A stretch of 64,000 bases of DNA from Leptogorgia sarmentosa (lineage: Eukaryota). Position 1 is the stretch's first letter, and each line of letters begins with the position of its first letter. The notes below the pieces were generated by a model that had not been told where the DNA came from, searched no databases, and saw nothing but the letters and a program-made list of their open reading frames with translations. The DNA lies in contig OZ210886.1 in assembly GCA_964658305.1 (NCBI GenBank), positions 496,001 to 560,000 on the forward strand, read 5' to 3'. Position numbers and translations under genes: made by a program. Shown here piece by piece: positions 24,538-39,400 of this stretch.

Positions 24538-27177
24538 GGTTCACCTGAAACGATGCGAGGCGATGCTGTAGTCAACTTGAAGTTACAGCTCTCATCGTGA
24601 ACGTTGCGCTGATAACTTCAACGCCGTTGAGAAATGAGAATGGCCCTGACAATTTATGCATAATTTTTATTTTGCATAAAAATTTCTTTGTTCGGAAAAC
24701 GGGTCGTCGAGGTGGTCGCGTTGTAGATCTTATTTTCACGAACTACCTATGCCATTTACTGCCGAATATAAATAAATGGGCTCCTTTTCCTTTTATGCAA
24801 AGCAAAAAAATGACTCGTAAGGCATGATTATAATTAAAACATGAGCAAAATGACGTGCAAGCTAAGTGAAGAGGCGTGAAAGATAGAGTGCTATACAAAG
24901 AAAAGGTGGGATGAGTTCATTACAATTCCTAACCTTGGCCGGGTCTTTGCTGACAATCCAAATTGACGTTGCGTTTTCCGTTCTTGATTTGACTCGAGTT
25001 CAGCGAGAGTATTCCATATGCGATTAAATATAAAAAGAGAGCACTTTCTTTAATTAACAAAGCGTTTTAGTTATTTTGAAGTGATGGTCGATGGTACTCT
25101 TTTTTCTAATTGATTAAAGTTGACCTTCGATTCGCAGCTGGAAAGCCCTGCGGGTAGTGGATGCCGCATTTGGAGAACATTAGCTACATGGGTGCCAGAT
25201 TGTCTACCTTGTCGGAAATAAACAAGCAAGTAGGATCCAGGTTGAGATGGTTATAGTACTCGTGCATGCATGTGCATTTTTAATTTTGCTTTTGCGTAAA
25301 GATGTGTCTCAACAATTTTGTTACTCGTACTATGTAACCAAAAGATAATACAAATCGCGATTCCACCCACCATTACGGCACTACCATGCATTCACGCTTT
25401 TTCAATGGTATCCACACATTTCATATACAGCCACTCTCTTTCTTATATCATAAAAATAGGAAGTAGATCATCACTTCAAGCATTATTACATGTAAGTACA
25501 GCCTGTCGTGGCCAATATATTGTTAAGTTCTACCTGAGAGTGACACTACGGCACTACAAACAACTATGAACTTTTCACTGGTAGTTGAAAAGAACCTGAA
25601 GAGATTGTTTCAAATTCTAACCTTTCATTTATTTTCTTGGTGATCTTGTTTTCTTCAACGCATTTGTGCTGAAAATATGATTCGACCAGATATTAATTTT
25701 TGGCAGAGGGAAACTGAAACGAACATCTTCGTGATCATAATATGATGTACATGGACGTACGCAGTGTATATATTAGATACTGTACATATAGGAACATGCC
25801 TGTACCGTTGGTTACTGCATATAGCTTTAGTTATATAGATCTGTCCTATAGGATTATAAATTGTGGGTTGATTGTGGGAATATAGGGAATGAAAAAATCC
25901 AAAACTGGTGACTGGCAACAGTAATTATGTAAATTGATATAATTATTGACGACCTAATTAATAATTAACTAAATTAATTGGTTATTATACATTATGTAGA
26001 ACAGAAATTATAACTAATTCCAGTCAGAAGGTGATCTTCCGAATCACTTTAAACAAATCACGTTGTTAATTCAATTACTTGTGCATCTTTCTCCAAATTC
26101 TGAAATAGTTTATATTTTCTTTTTCTTTCTCTCATCTTTTCCTGTGTTTTCCTTTTTAAAATACAGTAAGAACTTTGCTAAAACATTAAACACTAGGCCG
26201 CGTTGGCACAGACCGCACAGTGGCCCATACATGTGAAAGAAGCATGAAACAGAATATTTTTATTACTTCTCAATCTAGTAAGCATGACAATAACAATTCA
26301 GCTCATTTCAAGTTTTGAATTATTTTATGCAGAATAGTCTTTTACATATATATAAAACCTAATTGGCCACACAGATATCTTGAAGTTAGCTGGAACGCGA
26401 TTCTGTGCCATTACTGATTGCAGTCAGTGATCTTCATATAGTGTTTGAACTTTCTGTGTGGTGCTCATCGTGGAATTCACTGTGAGAATATGTTGACGAG
26501 ATACGTGGATTAAAAATTAAAGTCTTTTATTTGATAGACGCAAAATTTCTAGTATCCATCAGTAGGCAAGAATTTCGTGAACTTTAATCAAGAACTTTAA
26601 TCAGATAACTTTAAGAAATTTCTAGAGAATCTTGTGTAATATGGCTGGAATTCACTACACCACTTTAGCAATCAAATGATCGATAAGTTGTGATAGCCGC
26701 CCCTTGTGAAATGTATCAAAGAAAAACATAATTTGAAATAGTTTGAACATTTTACTCATTATTTAGTTGGCATGCACATTAAAATTGTAACTTTTAAATT
26801 TTCAAAAAAAAATAAAATTTGCTTTGACGCCGGTGTTATTTGACCGAATCTTCCTGTTTTGTCCGCTAAAATCTGTCATTTACGGTAATATGGTGTAAAA
26901 TAAAAATTTTTAGGATGAGCTCAAGTAGCTTAGCTTTATGTTGCCAAAAAAATTACCACTGCACAGCCAGCATCAAAAAACGTTAGGCCTGATCAACCCT
27001 AAGGGTTCATCATGATCATAATCAATCTGCGTGTCACTAGCCTTGAAGGGTCAACCATTAATCAGCAAGTTGCCAAACTCTTGAGTCTTGTCTTGTCTTG
27101 ATTCAGTCACATTATTGATTATTTTCCCTCTTTTCTTCCATATGTGGTTAGGTAGCGCCTAACTTTTGTGATAGTTT

Positions 27178-28509
27178 GGAAAACTTATCTGATGTTTGGG
27201 GAGGAAGTATTCAATTGAGGAAAAATAACTCGAAAAATACCACATTTTTAGTATCCTCTTTTCAGCTTCAACAGTCTGTTACTCGTCCCATTATATAAGT
27301 TCCTGTGTAATATTGAAAACCCGCATCTTGCAGATTTTCCAGTCCAGTCACGAAAACTATAGCTTGAAAATTATGCGGATAGTCTCCATTTAATATCATT
27401 GTCGGTTGTTTCAGTTTGATTTAACAGTCTGAGACTCTGAGTGTTGCCGTGAGCATTTTACTATATTTGTTATCTTAATCTTATATTAGATTTACAAAAC
27501 ACAAAGCCCGTTAAAATTTCTTTGGACCAATATAATTATATGAGTAAAAGTTCCGGAAAAGATCAACATTTATATGATTGCTCACCCTGTGGGTAGGACG
27601 CAGTCATAAACTCCACTCAAAATGCAGACATTTGTCTGTTCGCTTGTCATATTCTCTTAAAATTTTGCATTATAATGCAGAACACTGTTATTATACCTAT
27701 AAAGTACCTACAGTGTTTTATAGAACTTCATGCAGTATTGATAAAAACTCGCCACACCGCATTGTGTTTTAATGTTTTGCATGGGGAGTAAAAGGGCATT
27801 TTTTTATATTTTATAAGTTAGTTTCTTATGTTGAAATCTCACTTTTGAGATATCCAGGTCAACAACACTCATATTCAAATTTCTGTACATCACGTATTAG
27901 TCTCTATATATTTAGCATTGCATTATATATTATGGCGGTTGCCAGTCGAATTATCACCAAGGTCCTATATATCCGTCAGGGTTATATAGTAGCAGCTTGT
28001 GTTATCACTCCGCCTCTCGTTTACTAATTCTTTTTTGGTTACCGTTTGTTGGGCCTTTTCCGCAATAAACTAGTGACGGTGTGGATATAACAATTTCAGT
28101 TGGACTGAAAGAGTGAGTTATATTTTGTGAAAACAAAAACTTGAAGAAAATATTTTTTTCTCATTTCGTTGTACTGGAGGAAGAGTTCATGCATGCCAGT
28201 GATGCTGTCACGAATGACGAAACTCAAGAACAGCTTTGCTTCTTGACTGTTGATTTTGCAAACATTTACACATGCACCTATATAGCTATCTATACAGGTT
28301 AGATTATGATCAACTTTCGCAAATGAAAGTGTTGAAGCTTCCTGTCGAAGGAAAACTTATCTGTTGATTTGGGGAGGAAGTATTCAATTGAGGAAAAATA
28401 ACTCGTATCCTCTTTTCAGCTTCAACAGTCTGTTACTCATCCCATATAAGTTCCTATATGTAATATTAAAAACCCACATCTTGCAGTTTTTGCAGTCACG
28501 AAAACTATA
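27178..28509. repeat. Dispersed direct repeat of ~160-180 bp (27178-27361 and 28350-28509)
   Basis: Both copies share GGAAAACTTATCTG..TTTGGGGAGGAAGTATTCAATTGAGGAAAAATAACTCG, GTATCCTCTTTTCAGCTTCAACAGTCTGTTACTC and CAGTCACGAAAACTATA. The first copy has an extra ~19 bp. Confidence 0.85.
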
Positions 28510-30413
28510 CAGTACAACTATTCTCATTTAAATTTTATTTTTATGGAGATAAAGAATAAATATACACGTACAATCAATAACGAGAGGGTTCGTGAACTTA
28601 ATATCTGGATTTCACAACGGTGCAAAGTCTCACACGTGCACCATTTTTTGAATGGTGTTTTTTAAAAGGTGTTATAATGTCATTTGTCGGTATAGATCCA
28701 GTGGTAGATCAGTAGCCGAAGATGGATACGACTTGTCCTCACTCCTCCAACCTATTTTTTTTTGCCTCGTTTATCTGTTTTCCTATTCAGCTTTTGAATA
28801 CTTTTCAGTTATTCATATGTATGTAGCTACGTTTTTGTTTCAGGATCAGGTCCACTCATTAGATTACTGCATGACTTGGATTTTGATGTTGAATTAGGCG
28901 GTCAATTAAATTTTGGTACATGCACGTACTCTTGCCTTGTTTTTTTTAAATATATTATACATACATATATACAGTAGTATGAGATGCTATAGAATTGGAA
29001 AGTCACGGAAACCTAAACCCCCATTAGATTGAAAACAGTTGGGGATAGAAAAAACGGGCCGCGTAACATGCAAGTGATTTGTGGCGTCTTGATGAACTGG
29101 ATGATTAATACAGTAGTGAAGTGGAATATCCCGTAGTTTATGAATATATTTAATAGTTCACTCTGATATTAGTTCATGTCTTCATGACATATATTTATGA
29201 TCGGATTTACCTGATGAGAATATGATTAAATTCATATTATTTTGTCGTTTTCTGTGTACTTTTTAGAATATTTGTCAATGCTATACTGACACTACGGCAT
29301 ACCTCAGCAAAATATATTATTAAGGGTTCAAATAGAAGAAATCACCTCACATGCATGCTTTGGCTACAAATTCTCTGGACTCCCTAATCTCATATGAATA
29401 TGTCATTTTGAATTTTACGACCTCAAGTACTTGGCAGAAGACAGAATGCAGGTGTCACATTCACAGACATAAATAAGTAAATTATACATTTTCTAATCAG
29501 CTCAAATGTCAATCCGGTTGACAAGCAAAGTTAAAAATTTAAACATTCGTCTCGCTTTGATGTCGTTCCTCTGTCCAGACCAGGGCCTGGTATATCGCGA
29601 TTCATAACCTTATTGTCACTCAAGCGTTGGCACGTTAGTGTTACCAAGTTGCAGCAAGACACGCAATGCCAGTGTTGATAGACAAAGTCTTATGCTTGCT
29701 TGTGACTTGTGTACATACGTACACCTGTGAGATGCATTTCATTGACACGTTTGTCTGAAAAATATTACTTGCAACGCGAACTTCAATCTTTGCGTTTTTC
29801 AATGACCATTGTAATTTGATGCGCAAATTAATTTTGTTCCCTTTAGCAGTTATATAGTTATTGTAGGCGAAATTTTAGGCTTTTTTATCAGTGGTATCGA
29901 GTTACTTTCAAAATAATTTCTGGGGTTTCGCTAATGGACACGCTTCCCGTTCTGGCTATCTAAAAATGGCCAGCGATTTGCGCTTGATCAATTAGCCGTT
30001 AACCTTTTTTCATTAAGATCACCAATTTGTTATTGGGGAAAAAAGTGCCTGGGAACGTTGCGAAACGAAGACTATTCTGTAAACATTACTATAAAAATCT
30101 AACTGCGGTAGACAATAGAAAACAAATAAAGCTCTGCGGTATGTTATCTGTCATAGCTAGCTGTCAAATAGAAGCAAAGCACTGAGCTTAAACCTTGTAT
30201 GTCTTTCATAACAAAGACAGCCGTCAAAGGTCTAATTAGCACCAGGTTGATCAGCCAATCACAGCGTTCACAGCTAATGTACCTTGATTCTGATTGGCGG
30301 GTAATCTCAAGCACTTTTAGTATGTTCAGCCATGATGCAGGTTACGACCACTTGAACTAGGCTTGTATCATGGGGTTGGAAATAATCCCTTCAATTTCTT
30401 GTCAACATTCGTC

Positions 30414-33400
30414 ATGTACGCGTTGTCTTTAACCGTCTTCTGTTCCTTAGTTGTTCTGGGGAGCGCCAGAGGTGAGTCTGACTGCTGTAACTACTCTTTA
30501 GAGGCGACTACAGTTGCTACAAACCTAAAGGTTATTCCATGTTTTCATTTGTTGTCTTTCCTATTTCACGCGTCAGTGAATCTATACCTCGATAGTTCGT
30601 TACATGAGCTTTTCAATTCGGCCGAATGTTGGAGAGTGTTAACTGAAATAATTGTGTATGTAATACATTATTGGTATAGAATTGGAAAGTTTACCCTTTC
30701 ATTTAAAACCCAACTGTAATCTCATTTGAGTCTCAAAAGATTGTTGTAAAAACGCGGTAGTTTCCGGTAGCATTGTGGTTTCCACTATTGTGTATTTATT
30801 ACTTGCATAAAGGTTTCATCCCTCTTAATTTTCTTCTAGCCACAAACATTAACGCGCTTGTTTTTCTGTCACAGAACGATTATATGAACCCAAATGCTGT
30901 AAAAATATACGAGGCATTAAGGAGTGCAAGCACGAATGTCAGAAGGTATCGTATTATAAAACCCTTCGTATTTTACTCGATAATATTCGCACAATATCGT
31001 TAGATTTTCCCATCATTTTACACTCTGATCGTTCTGTCTTCTTGAACATGTATAATAAAGCTAAATTTGATGTCGGCTTGTGGTGCAAAGATGCAAAGTT
31101 CTCGATTCGTTCTATAACGCTAACGAATAGCAGATTGTTGACACGCATTCAAACAGGGTCAGCGACGCATAATATTTCGATGTAAGATTTTCATTTTATT
31201 ACTGTACAGAAACCTCAGTCGAATATTGTAAAGATAAAGAAATAATGGAATGATATTTTTGTGTGTGTTAGGTATGGAACGAGAAGGACTCGCGAACGAA
31301 ACTGCTGCTTGCTCTCAGTTTACCTAAAGTCTGCCCGTCACATCTGGTAAGTTCATGAGACAATGGCGTTTGAATAAAATCACTGTTGTCCGATTTTATT
31401 ACAGTTACAGCTGGCAGAGGTTGTAGTTGTGTAATAGATACACGGTATTTTATGCAGAAACCTTTTACTGAAGTCCATTCTTTTCAATTTTCATAGGTTA
31501 ACTTATGGAAGTGTTTGAATTCGTCGATTAAAGGTACAATTTTATTCGCGTTGTTAGCATGCTGTGAAAGGCTGGCCTTACGCTGGTGTCGTAAGGAGTT
31601 CTACAAATAACGCATTAGCCGAAAAGAATAGACCAATTATATACGAAAATCAATTGATCCCTATTTCTAAATGATTTCGGCAATACTTAAACGTTTGTGG
31701 GACGGGAAATACAACTTATTAGCTTGTTTTAGGACGCCCGCTTTGTTTATTACGCTGGGGTATTAGTTGAAAAGATTTTCGAGCAACAATACATCCGTGA
31801 CTTTTTCGCTTTTGGTTTTGATTATTTTCACAAGTGTTGGCAATAAACAGCTAGGGGAAGAGTTTCGTATGTGTGATGGAAAAATGATCAGCGTTTATTC
31901 GATCATCATGCGTTGCGCGGGTTAAACACAGGGTGATCAGTAATGGAGATTTAATTGTCTTAGGTATTATTTCTCCTCGGCAATGCGTTTTGACTGTGCT
32001 ATCAAGCGGAAGGTGTTAATTTCGCGAACAATTCTCAAATTTACATTTGTTTATAAATTTGCAACATTATGTGAATCGCCGCGTTGGTCAATTTTATGTA
32101 TGCATGTTTTCAAATATTTTTCCTGTTGGACGCTTTTAGCACTAAAGCCATTATTATAATTATCGAGGCATGTGAAACACAAGCTGGCGGCCGATTCACG
32201 TGTTGTGTTTGATGTCTCAAGTGTTAGTGATTTTGAAATCTTCAAGGTGTTACTTCATAGCAAGTTATTTTCGTGATATGCTACAGACTGTGCCAAACGT
32301 GCCTTTATTTGTATAAATATTGCTCATTAGTAAGATTTTTCAGACCAGTTGTAGAAATCCTTTCTTGTGTTTTCGTCATATTGCACAAGAACATTTAATT
32401 ATTAATTCCTTAAATTACGTACATTAAAGTATATTTTGTATAAATATATATTGCGACAGTTTGCAATGTTTTTCTTGTCTGGCAAATATCTCTTTTGTTT
32501 GCCTGACACTGATAGCTTCTATTGTCCACCGCAGCAAAATGTTTTGTGGCTGACAGAAATTGGTCGGATAGCATTTATTTATCGTTTATTGCGGGTTTTT
32601 ACATTAATATTTTAAAAGCAGTGCTTTTAACGAGTTGTAATACAAATCAAACTGCTGCCCATATTTACTTTTGGAATTCGAGTGCTTGGATTTCTTTTGA
32701 TAGAGGGCTGCACTTAGTGATCGAAACACTGATTTCAATAGCAACGATAAGATCTTGAATTTTGTAAATTTGCATACAGCTTTTAAATTGAGCTATTACC
32801 ACAACGCAGCCCACTTTTATTGAAAGGGTAATCAAATTCAATTGATATTCACAACACATTGTGTGTTTGAAATTGTTTGAAAGAATTGCCTATATTGTGT
32901 TAGACTAATTAAGCAAGGATTTATGTCCAGTTGAGACAATGTTCTTGCTCTGGTCACAATGTATCATGCTGAGTCTTTGCCAATTTGAATATAAAAGATA
33001 ATTCGTCAACAGCACAAACAACCTGTTTTTTGAATTCATTTTAGAACTGTTGTGTTAATGGTTGGGTAATATAAATCCACCCCATTTAGTTATTGCTTGC
33101 ATTGCTGGAAGAGAAGACAGTAATGTTTTAAGAGGATTAAAAATGGTGTGCATTTTTGGGGATTTAGTTTAAGCTGTATCCTGTATGTCATTTCCTATTT
33201 ACACCTACATAATCTCAATTCTCCATTGGATTTGGGTGCTGAAGAATTCTCTAAGCTGTCTGTCTGATATCTGCTGATGAGTGATATAGACAAGAACTCA
33301 AGTGGGGCACTCTTGTCCCAGAGTGCTTGATATTAAAGCAGATATATTTTTCAGCCATAAAAGTATGGTATCAGAGCAAAATGGGGGGACTAGTTTTTTT

Positions 33401-36400
33401 ATGAAGGATTTTAATCACTTAATACATAGTTTGTTGGCTATTCATTCCTGTATAGACAAAAACGATACAGCTTTGCTACAAATTTGTGTCTGAAAAAACA
33501 CCTGTGGGAAAAAATTCAAATCTGACTTACTGTGACTGCGATCTGACTTGGCTTCTGTGATAAATATTAACAGCAGATAAATAACCCTATTGTTATTTTC
33601 AGGTCTTCATCTCTATGCTCATCCAAATTTGCTAAAAGAAGGAAAAAGTTGTTGCCTGCTTGGAATTGATGCATCTTGCAGAAAGGCTTGTTTCCAGAGT
33701 ACAAACAACAAGGAGCTTAAGAAATTTTGCAAACCAAAGGATGAGGTACTTATAAATATGTGGAAATTTAGTAACTTGACATGTAAAATCATCTGTTGTT
33801 GGACAAAATAAAGGCCTGTTTCCGCAAGAATGAAATCCTTCTTGGAAACTTGTGTCTGTAGAATGCAGATGGTTTCACATGATTAATTGTGTTGAATTCT
33901 CTCACTTTCTCTGCAAGAAAAAATTTTGCTTTGCCAGTGAACCATCTGATTTTGCATACACTGTTTCGTAAACAATTTTGCCCTTGTGGAATCAGATCTC
34001 AAAGTAGGCGCATTGCAACTTAATGGATTAAGTGCTGTTTATATTAAATGTCTTAGCTACCAGTGACATGGACAGCAATGCCAATCTGATAAACACACAT
34101 TCCCCCTTGGGAACATAAGTCCCTTTAAAAGATTTTAGAAATAATTATAAGTGTTAATTTTTTTATCAACAGGATATCTTGCTACGTTGTATTGAAAGAA
34201 ATGACGGTATTTAACTTCATATATCTAACTTATCATAAATTTTAATTACTGATAAAGCTGGCCAAAGCAAAGGGGTTCCTAGATCCAGGACTGGGCATAG
34301 TATTAACACTTGTTTTATGGTTCACTTCTTATTTAGCAAGCAGAACATGCTGTTCCACATCGAAAAGAAAGTGTGAACGAGCTTGCCAAAATGTAAGTAG
34401 TATATACTATTTTAATAGCATTTACACCTGTTAGAGAATCATCTTTATGGATTGCACATATTTTAAAATTCAAGCCTGTATATTTCACTAAGAAGTTAAT
34501 TCTTTCTTAGGTCTTTGCTTCAAACAAGGAGCCAACTAGGAAAAAGATCAAACTTGTGAAAAGAAACTGCATACGAGAAAACCGTTATGTTTATAACTGT
34601 GTCAAAAACAGTAATATAACGTTGCCAAAACCAGGTACATTGGATTGCATCAGTTACAGATAACATTTTGTTTATTCAGTTATATAGACCTACTATGTCT
34701 TCTGACCTCATACATCGAGTACAATTCAACCCGATTCGTTAACAATGTAAAAAATATAGACAATTTAGAAAATAAAATTTCACATTATTATTGCAGACCA
34801 CCAATGCTGTAGAATGACTAATAATAAGCGGTGTCAAGTTGCTTGCAGACAGGAAATGGCCTCCAAGAAACCATGGGATGAAAAAGTGTCAGCATTAAAA
34901 AAGGAGTGTATTCCCTCATTCCGGGTGAGTGTACTTTTTGTATACTTTTCAAGCCAGTTTGAATTAAGTAATTCCAAATGTACAGTAAGTTTTAAAGATC
35001 CTTTTTTTCTCAGAGTGCAATATGGAGATGTTTCCTTGATCATTCAAGTGAGTATTGTATTATACGTACATTTGTCAACTCAAATCAAAGATGGAGGGGG
35101 TCTTGCTTTGTCTGCCGAAGGGGTTTTTTTTACGCTTCCCCTCTCCCCAGTACATAGATTCACCTGTGAGTGATAAACATTTGTTTTTTAGATTCTTTTG
35201 TAAGTCGTGACCCTAAAAGAGGTGTGTACTGCTAGAAATTACAGTTTGATGTTCAATTTCCTCATATACATTAAATTAAATTGAGGTGGTTTTCTATAGT
35301 AGTTTCAGAACCACAACGCAAAGTGGATGTGAGGTTACATTGCTGTTTGAGTGCAAAAACAGATGATTGTTTTAAACTGTGCTTGAAGACATATTATGGT
35401 GGTGAAACTGATGATCAGTTTAAAAGACGATGTGAATTTAATCCAATTGAGGTATATGTTTGATTTTGTTGGGGTTTTTTTCACATACTTGTGAAAAATT
35501 TTGGTATTGAGAAAAATATCTTCCTTTGTAAGTTCTACGGTATTTATAATTCAGCATTTTCACTTTGTTGATAAATTGTCTTGCATTTTTTTAGTCCACA
35601 ATGTTAACTTGCATTGCTGATGGTGAGTAATACTGTACTGTAGATATTTGGAGATTATGGAACATGATATTAAATAATATTGGTATATTTTGAATTGCAG
35701 TTTCTCAACCATGTCATATTGGTTGCAGTGGTCTAGATTTTTGTACTAACTTCAATAACAGGTTAGTCGAATGAAATACAACTTCACATTTACCTTACCT
35801 CATTCCCATCTCATGTTTCATGTAAATACCTGCTACAGGGGCTTTATCATTCTAATTATAAGTTTAACCAGTGTATTTATGTTGCTGATCAAAGTTATGA
35901 TTTTAGGCATACAGAATTATTTCGCAGTTGTACTAAGGAAAGAGACAAGGCAGCTGAATCTGATTACATAAACTGGTTGAAAGAGAGAAGAGTTGAAATT
36001 CATGCAAGGGATGTTGTTCCAGTGAAAGATATTAGCAAATGTTTGCCAAAAATGTGGGAGGTGAGAAATTTAAATTCAAAGTTTAGTTGTAGGTATGTTG
36101 ACTTGTTTTGTTTACATAGTGCTTTTTAATTTGTAGGCTGTAGCTTGTACACTACAAATCCAGCCTTGTCATGCTAAATCTCATGGTTCAACCATATGCA
36201 GGTAAGATGGGCTATATTATACATACTGGTGCTACTACATACTCGATTGCTCCAGGGTGGTGATATTGTAGGAAAATTATTGACAATATTCATTTCAATT
36301 ATGGTCTATTGCATAATCAATTGGTGCACTTGAAGCAGAACTATTAGATCAAATGTAGTTGATCCATATATTTTTATTCTGTAAAATAGGAGTGATTGCT

Positions 36401-39400
36401 TGAAAATTCTCGGTGAATGTGCTGAAAAGGAAAAACTTGGTGTTAGGTCTGTGGAGTCGATTTGTGATCGGTTGTCTCCAGATGATCAATCATCATGTAT
36501 TTCTCTTGAAAGTTATCTAAGTAAGTATTCAGTATGATGAAGTGTTTTGTCTCCCTTATAGAGAACAAGGCTGCTACACTTATTTCAATATAATGTTGCC
36601 AACAAATTACACCTTCATACGTATCTCAAGTCTAAAATATCTTATCTATTTTCTAGAGCCCAGCTTGTACAAAAATAAAACCGACGAAGGTACAGTGAAT
36701 CATTTAAATTTCCTAGGCACATGTCATCATGACCTTTTTAAAATTAATTCAAAAACAACTGATTTCAAAAGAAATCCATCGGGCAGAACTTGAACATATG
36801 AATATACACCCTCCCCACTCCCCCAATTAACCCTCTAGTTTCCCCCCTGAATGAAAGCCATGTTTTCAAGACAAGCTATGTTCAGAAAATGTGTAACTGG
36901 TTTTGAGTATCATTAATTTAATTATTTTAGTCACACATCCTTGTTATCCTAATCCATGCCCAAACAAAGATTTCTGTGAAGTCAACCGAGGCATTTCTGA
37001 GAACGACGTCGGAAATATTCAACCATATCGATGCTCACCAGGTAAATTTAAGCATACATGTAGACGTGTGTAAAGGCGCTGAGCTTAAACGGTGGATAAG
37101 TAAGAAATGTCAAACAGATCAATTAACTACTGACTATATTTCAATATGTGTACTTCAATATAATTTAACTTTCCAACCCTTACACTACCATATTTACCAT
37201 ATTAGAATATGTGCTATTGCCATGACTTGAATACAGGTATGGATTGACATGTGTTTTAAATGTAGGTTGTCCCATTGATCATCAATCTAACACCGTTATC
37301 AAGAATGGTGACTTTGCTCGGGTAAATGTTTAATAAAAAACTTTAATGGCCTGTGTTAGTTCTCACTGCACATGCATGTGTGAATGAGGTTTTAATTAGA
37401 ATAGGTTAATTCGTATCTTTTGTTATGTTGTAGTTACCCATAGTACAGAACTCAAAACTAGAAGGATGTTTTAAAATTTTTCGTTGTGAACAAGGAGAGT
37501 TATCTGTATGCCCAAGATTACCAGTTTGTGTTAAGAGAAAATCTTGCCATCTCAAAAAAACCAACAGTAAGTTCAATTTGTCTGTGGCACAGTGCATTTC
37601 AACCATTGTTTCACTGATCACGTTTCATTGTGAATCAACTGCATGCTACCGTTGAAATTATTTCAAAACATTTATCATTATATAGTAAAGTTACTGGTCA
37701 TTTCGTATCTCAACAAAAATCAGACAGATGAAAAACTAGTTTCGTATTATTCTGATTCTGATCTTTTCATTTTAGCAACATATGAACATCAAGAAAAGTT
37801 TTTCATAAACTGCAACTTCTGCGTTTGTTTTGATGGTGAAATTCTATGCTCAAAGTCCCAATGCCTTCCTGGAACTAACAACAATGTCACAGGTGTGTTT
37901 CACAGAATTAATGCATGAATAAAATAATATAAGACTGACCCTCGTTTTCCTCCATTGTAATGACTTTAGCATGCTTTTATTGCGCTGCAACCTGTTAACG
38001 AAAAATTGAATCACTTTTGCTTGTAGGCCGATTACGAAGAAACCACGAAATCACTATCAGTGGTATGTAAAACGTTTTTCCATCGTATGGTACAGCATTT
38101 TTGTTTGTGTTGATATCATATTTTAGGGTGTTTATAGCTTTGAAAATACCGTGAATGTCACATTTCCTTCCCTTCCGTATATATTCTTGCATTTTCAGTT
38201 GTTGAACTGAATTCAATAGCATTGAGATAGCTTGACGACTTTTGTATGTTTACTGTAGGTCTTCCTTGTCAATGTAATGACAAATATGAACCTGTGTGTG
38301 GCACAAATGGGAAAACATACCGAAGCCATTGTTTCGCCAGGTAAAAATCGCTTGTACAATTTTCCTTGAAAAAATTTTGTCGCAAAAACAGAAGAGAAGA
38401 ACAGCAACCATTGACATATGTACAATGTACAATATACAAGGAGAAAAAAATGAGTATTAATGATACCAGCTGTGGGCACTAGTTGTTTTGATGGATGAGG
38501 ATGATTCTAATCGATGTATATTCGGTGATGATCATATTTATTTTTTGTGTTAACAGTAATTGTGCAGGCCTCAGTACAAAGCAACTGGTTAAAGGACAAT
38601 GTTCATCAATAAATCCGTGTCGTTCTTCTCCTTGTTCAGATGATCAATTGTAAGTTAAATTTTTGACCACGTGGTTACATATTGTCGACATTCAGATTCA
38701 TTCACACTGTTTTATTGTTCACTGTAGGTGTGTTGTGGATAGGAAAGTTTGTGTTGGCAGTATTACCACTTGCCCGCAGTTTGTGTGCAGTAAGTTTCAA
38801 CACAGTGACTGTTACTATTTTAAAAACTAGGATTGGGGGAGTATTAAGCTTGGGGATTGGTTTAAGGTTGGGTGTAAAAATACAAAAAAAGTCTAGAAAC
38901 ACAACCCCTAAAACGAGACAGGTATGATAAGACCGACCAGTAATATTACTATTCCTAACTTTTTGCATCATTTTTGCTTCAATTTTCAGTTAAACGACCT
39001 CAAAATTGTACGAGCTCTTTAACACAACTTATCTGTGATTTGGAGAACAAGCAATATTCCAGTAAATGTGAGCTGCAGCTGGACCAGAAAGAAATCGCTT
39101 ATGCTGGAGAGTGCAACGTATGTTATATTTCTTCAAGCATCAAACGAATTCGGCAAAAAGATCTGGTGTATGAAAGAAAACTTTGCGATACATTGCCTAT
39201 TTTCTCCTCTCGGTCTTTCACTCAACTGCCACGTATCAGTAACGCCCGATATTTTTTCCTATTGTACATAGTCTTCATGCAGTCCTGGCAAACAAGAAGT
39301 TTGTGGTGTTGATGGTCAAACGTATAGCAGTTTGTGTGCATTAAAACATGCCCGTATGTTGTTGGATTATGAAGGATTTTGTAGAACCGTTGGAAAATAT

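Noticed and set aside
27251..27262. GTATCCTCT as another U12 donor
   Set aside because: Intergenic, inside a duplicated repeat, with no flanking exon or branch point.
24600..30300. Hidden gene in the long intergenic gap
   Set aside because: Only short ORFs without recognisable motifs or a consistent exon chain; a lncRNA cannot be excluded.
30472..33602. RECK apparently lacking CC1, or containing a poison exon at 31272-31346
   Set aside because: Exons 30875-30945, 31272-31346 and 31497-31533 join in frame and encode a normal CC1. The stop appears only in the wrong phase.
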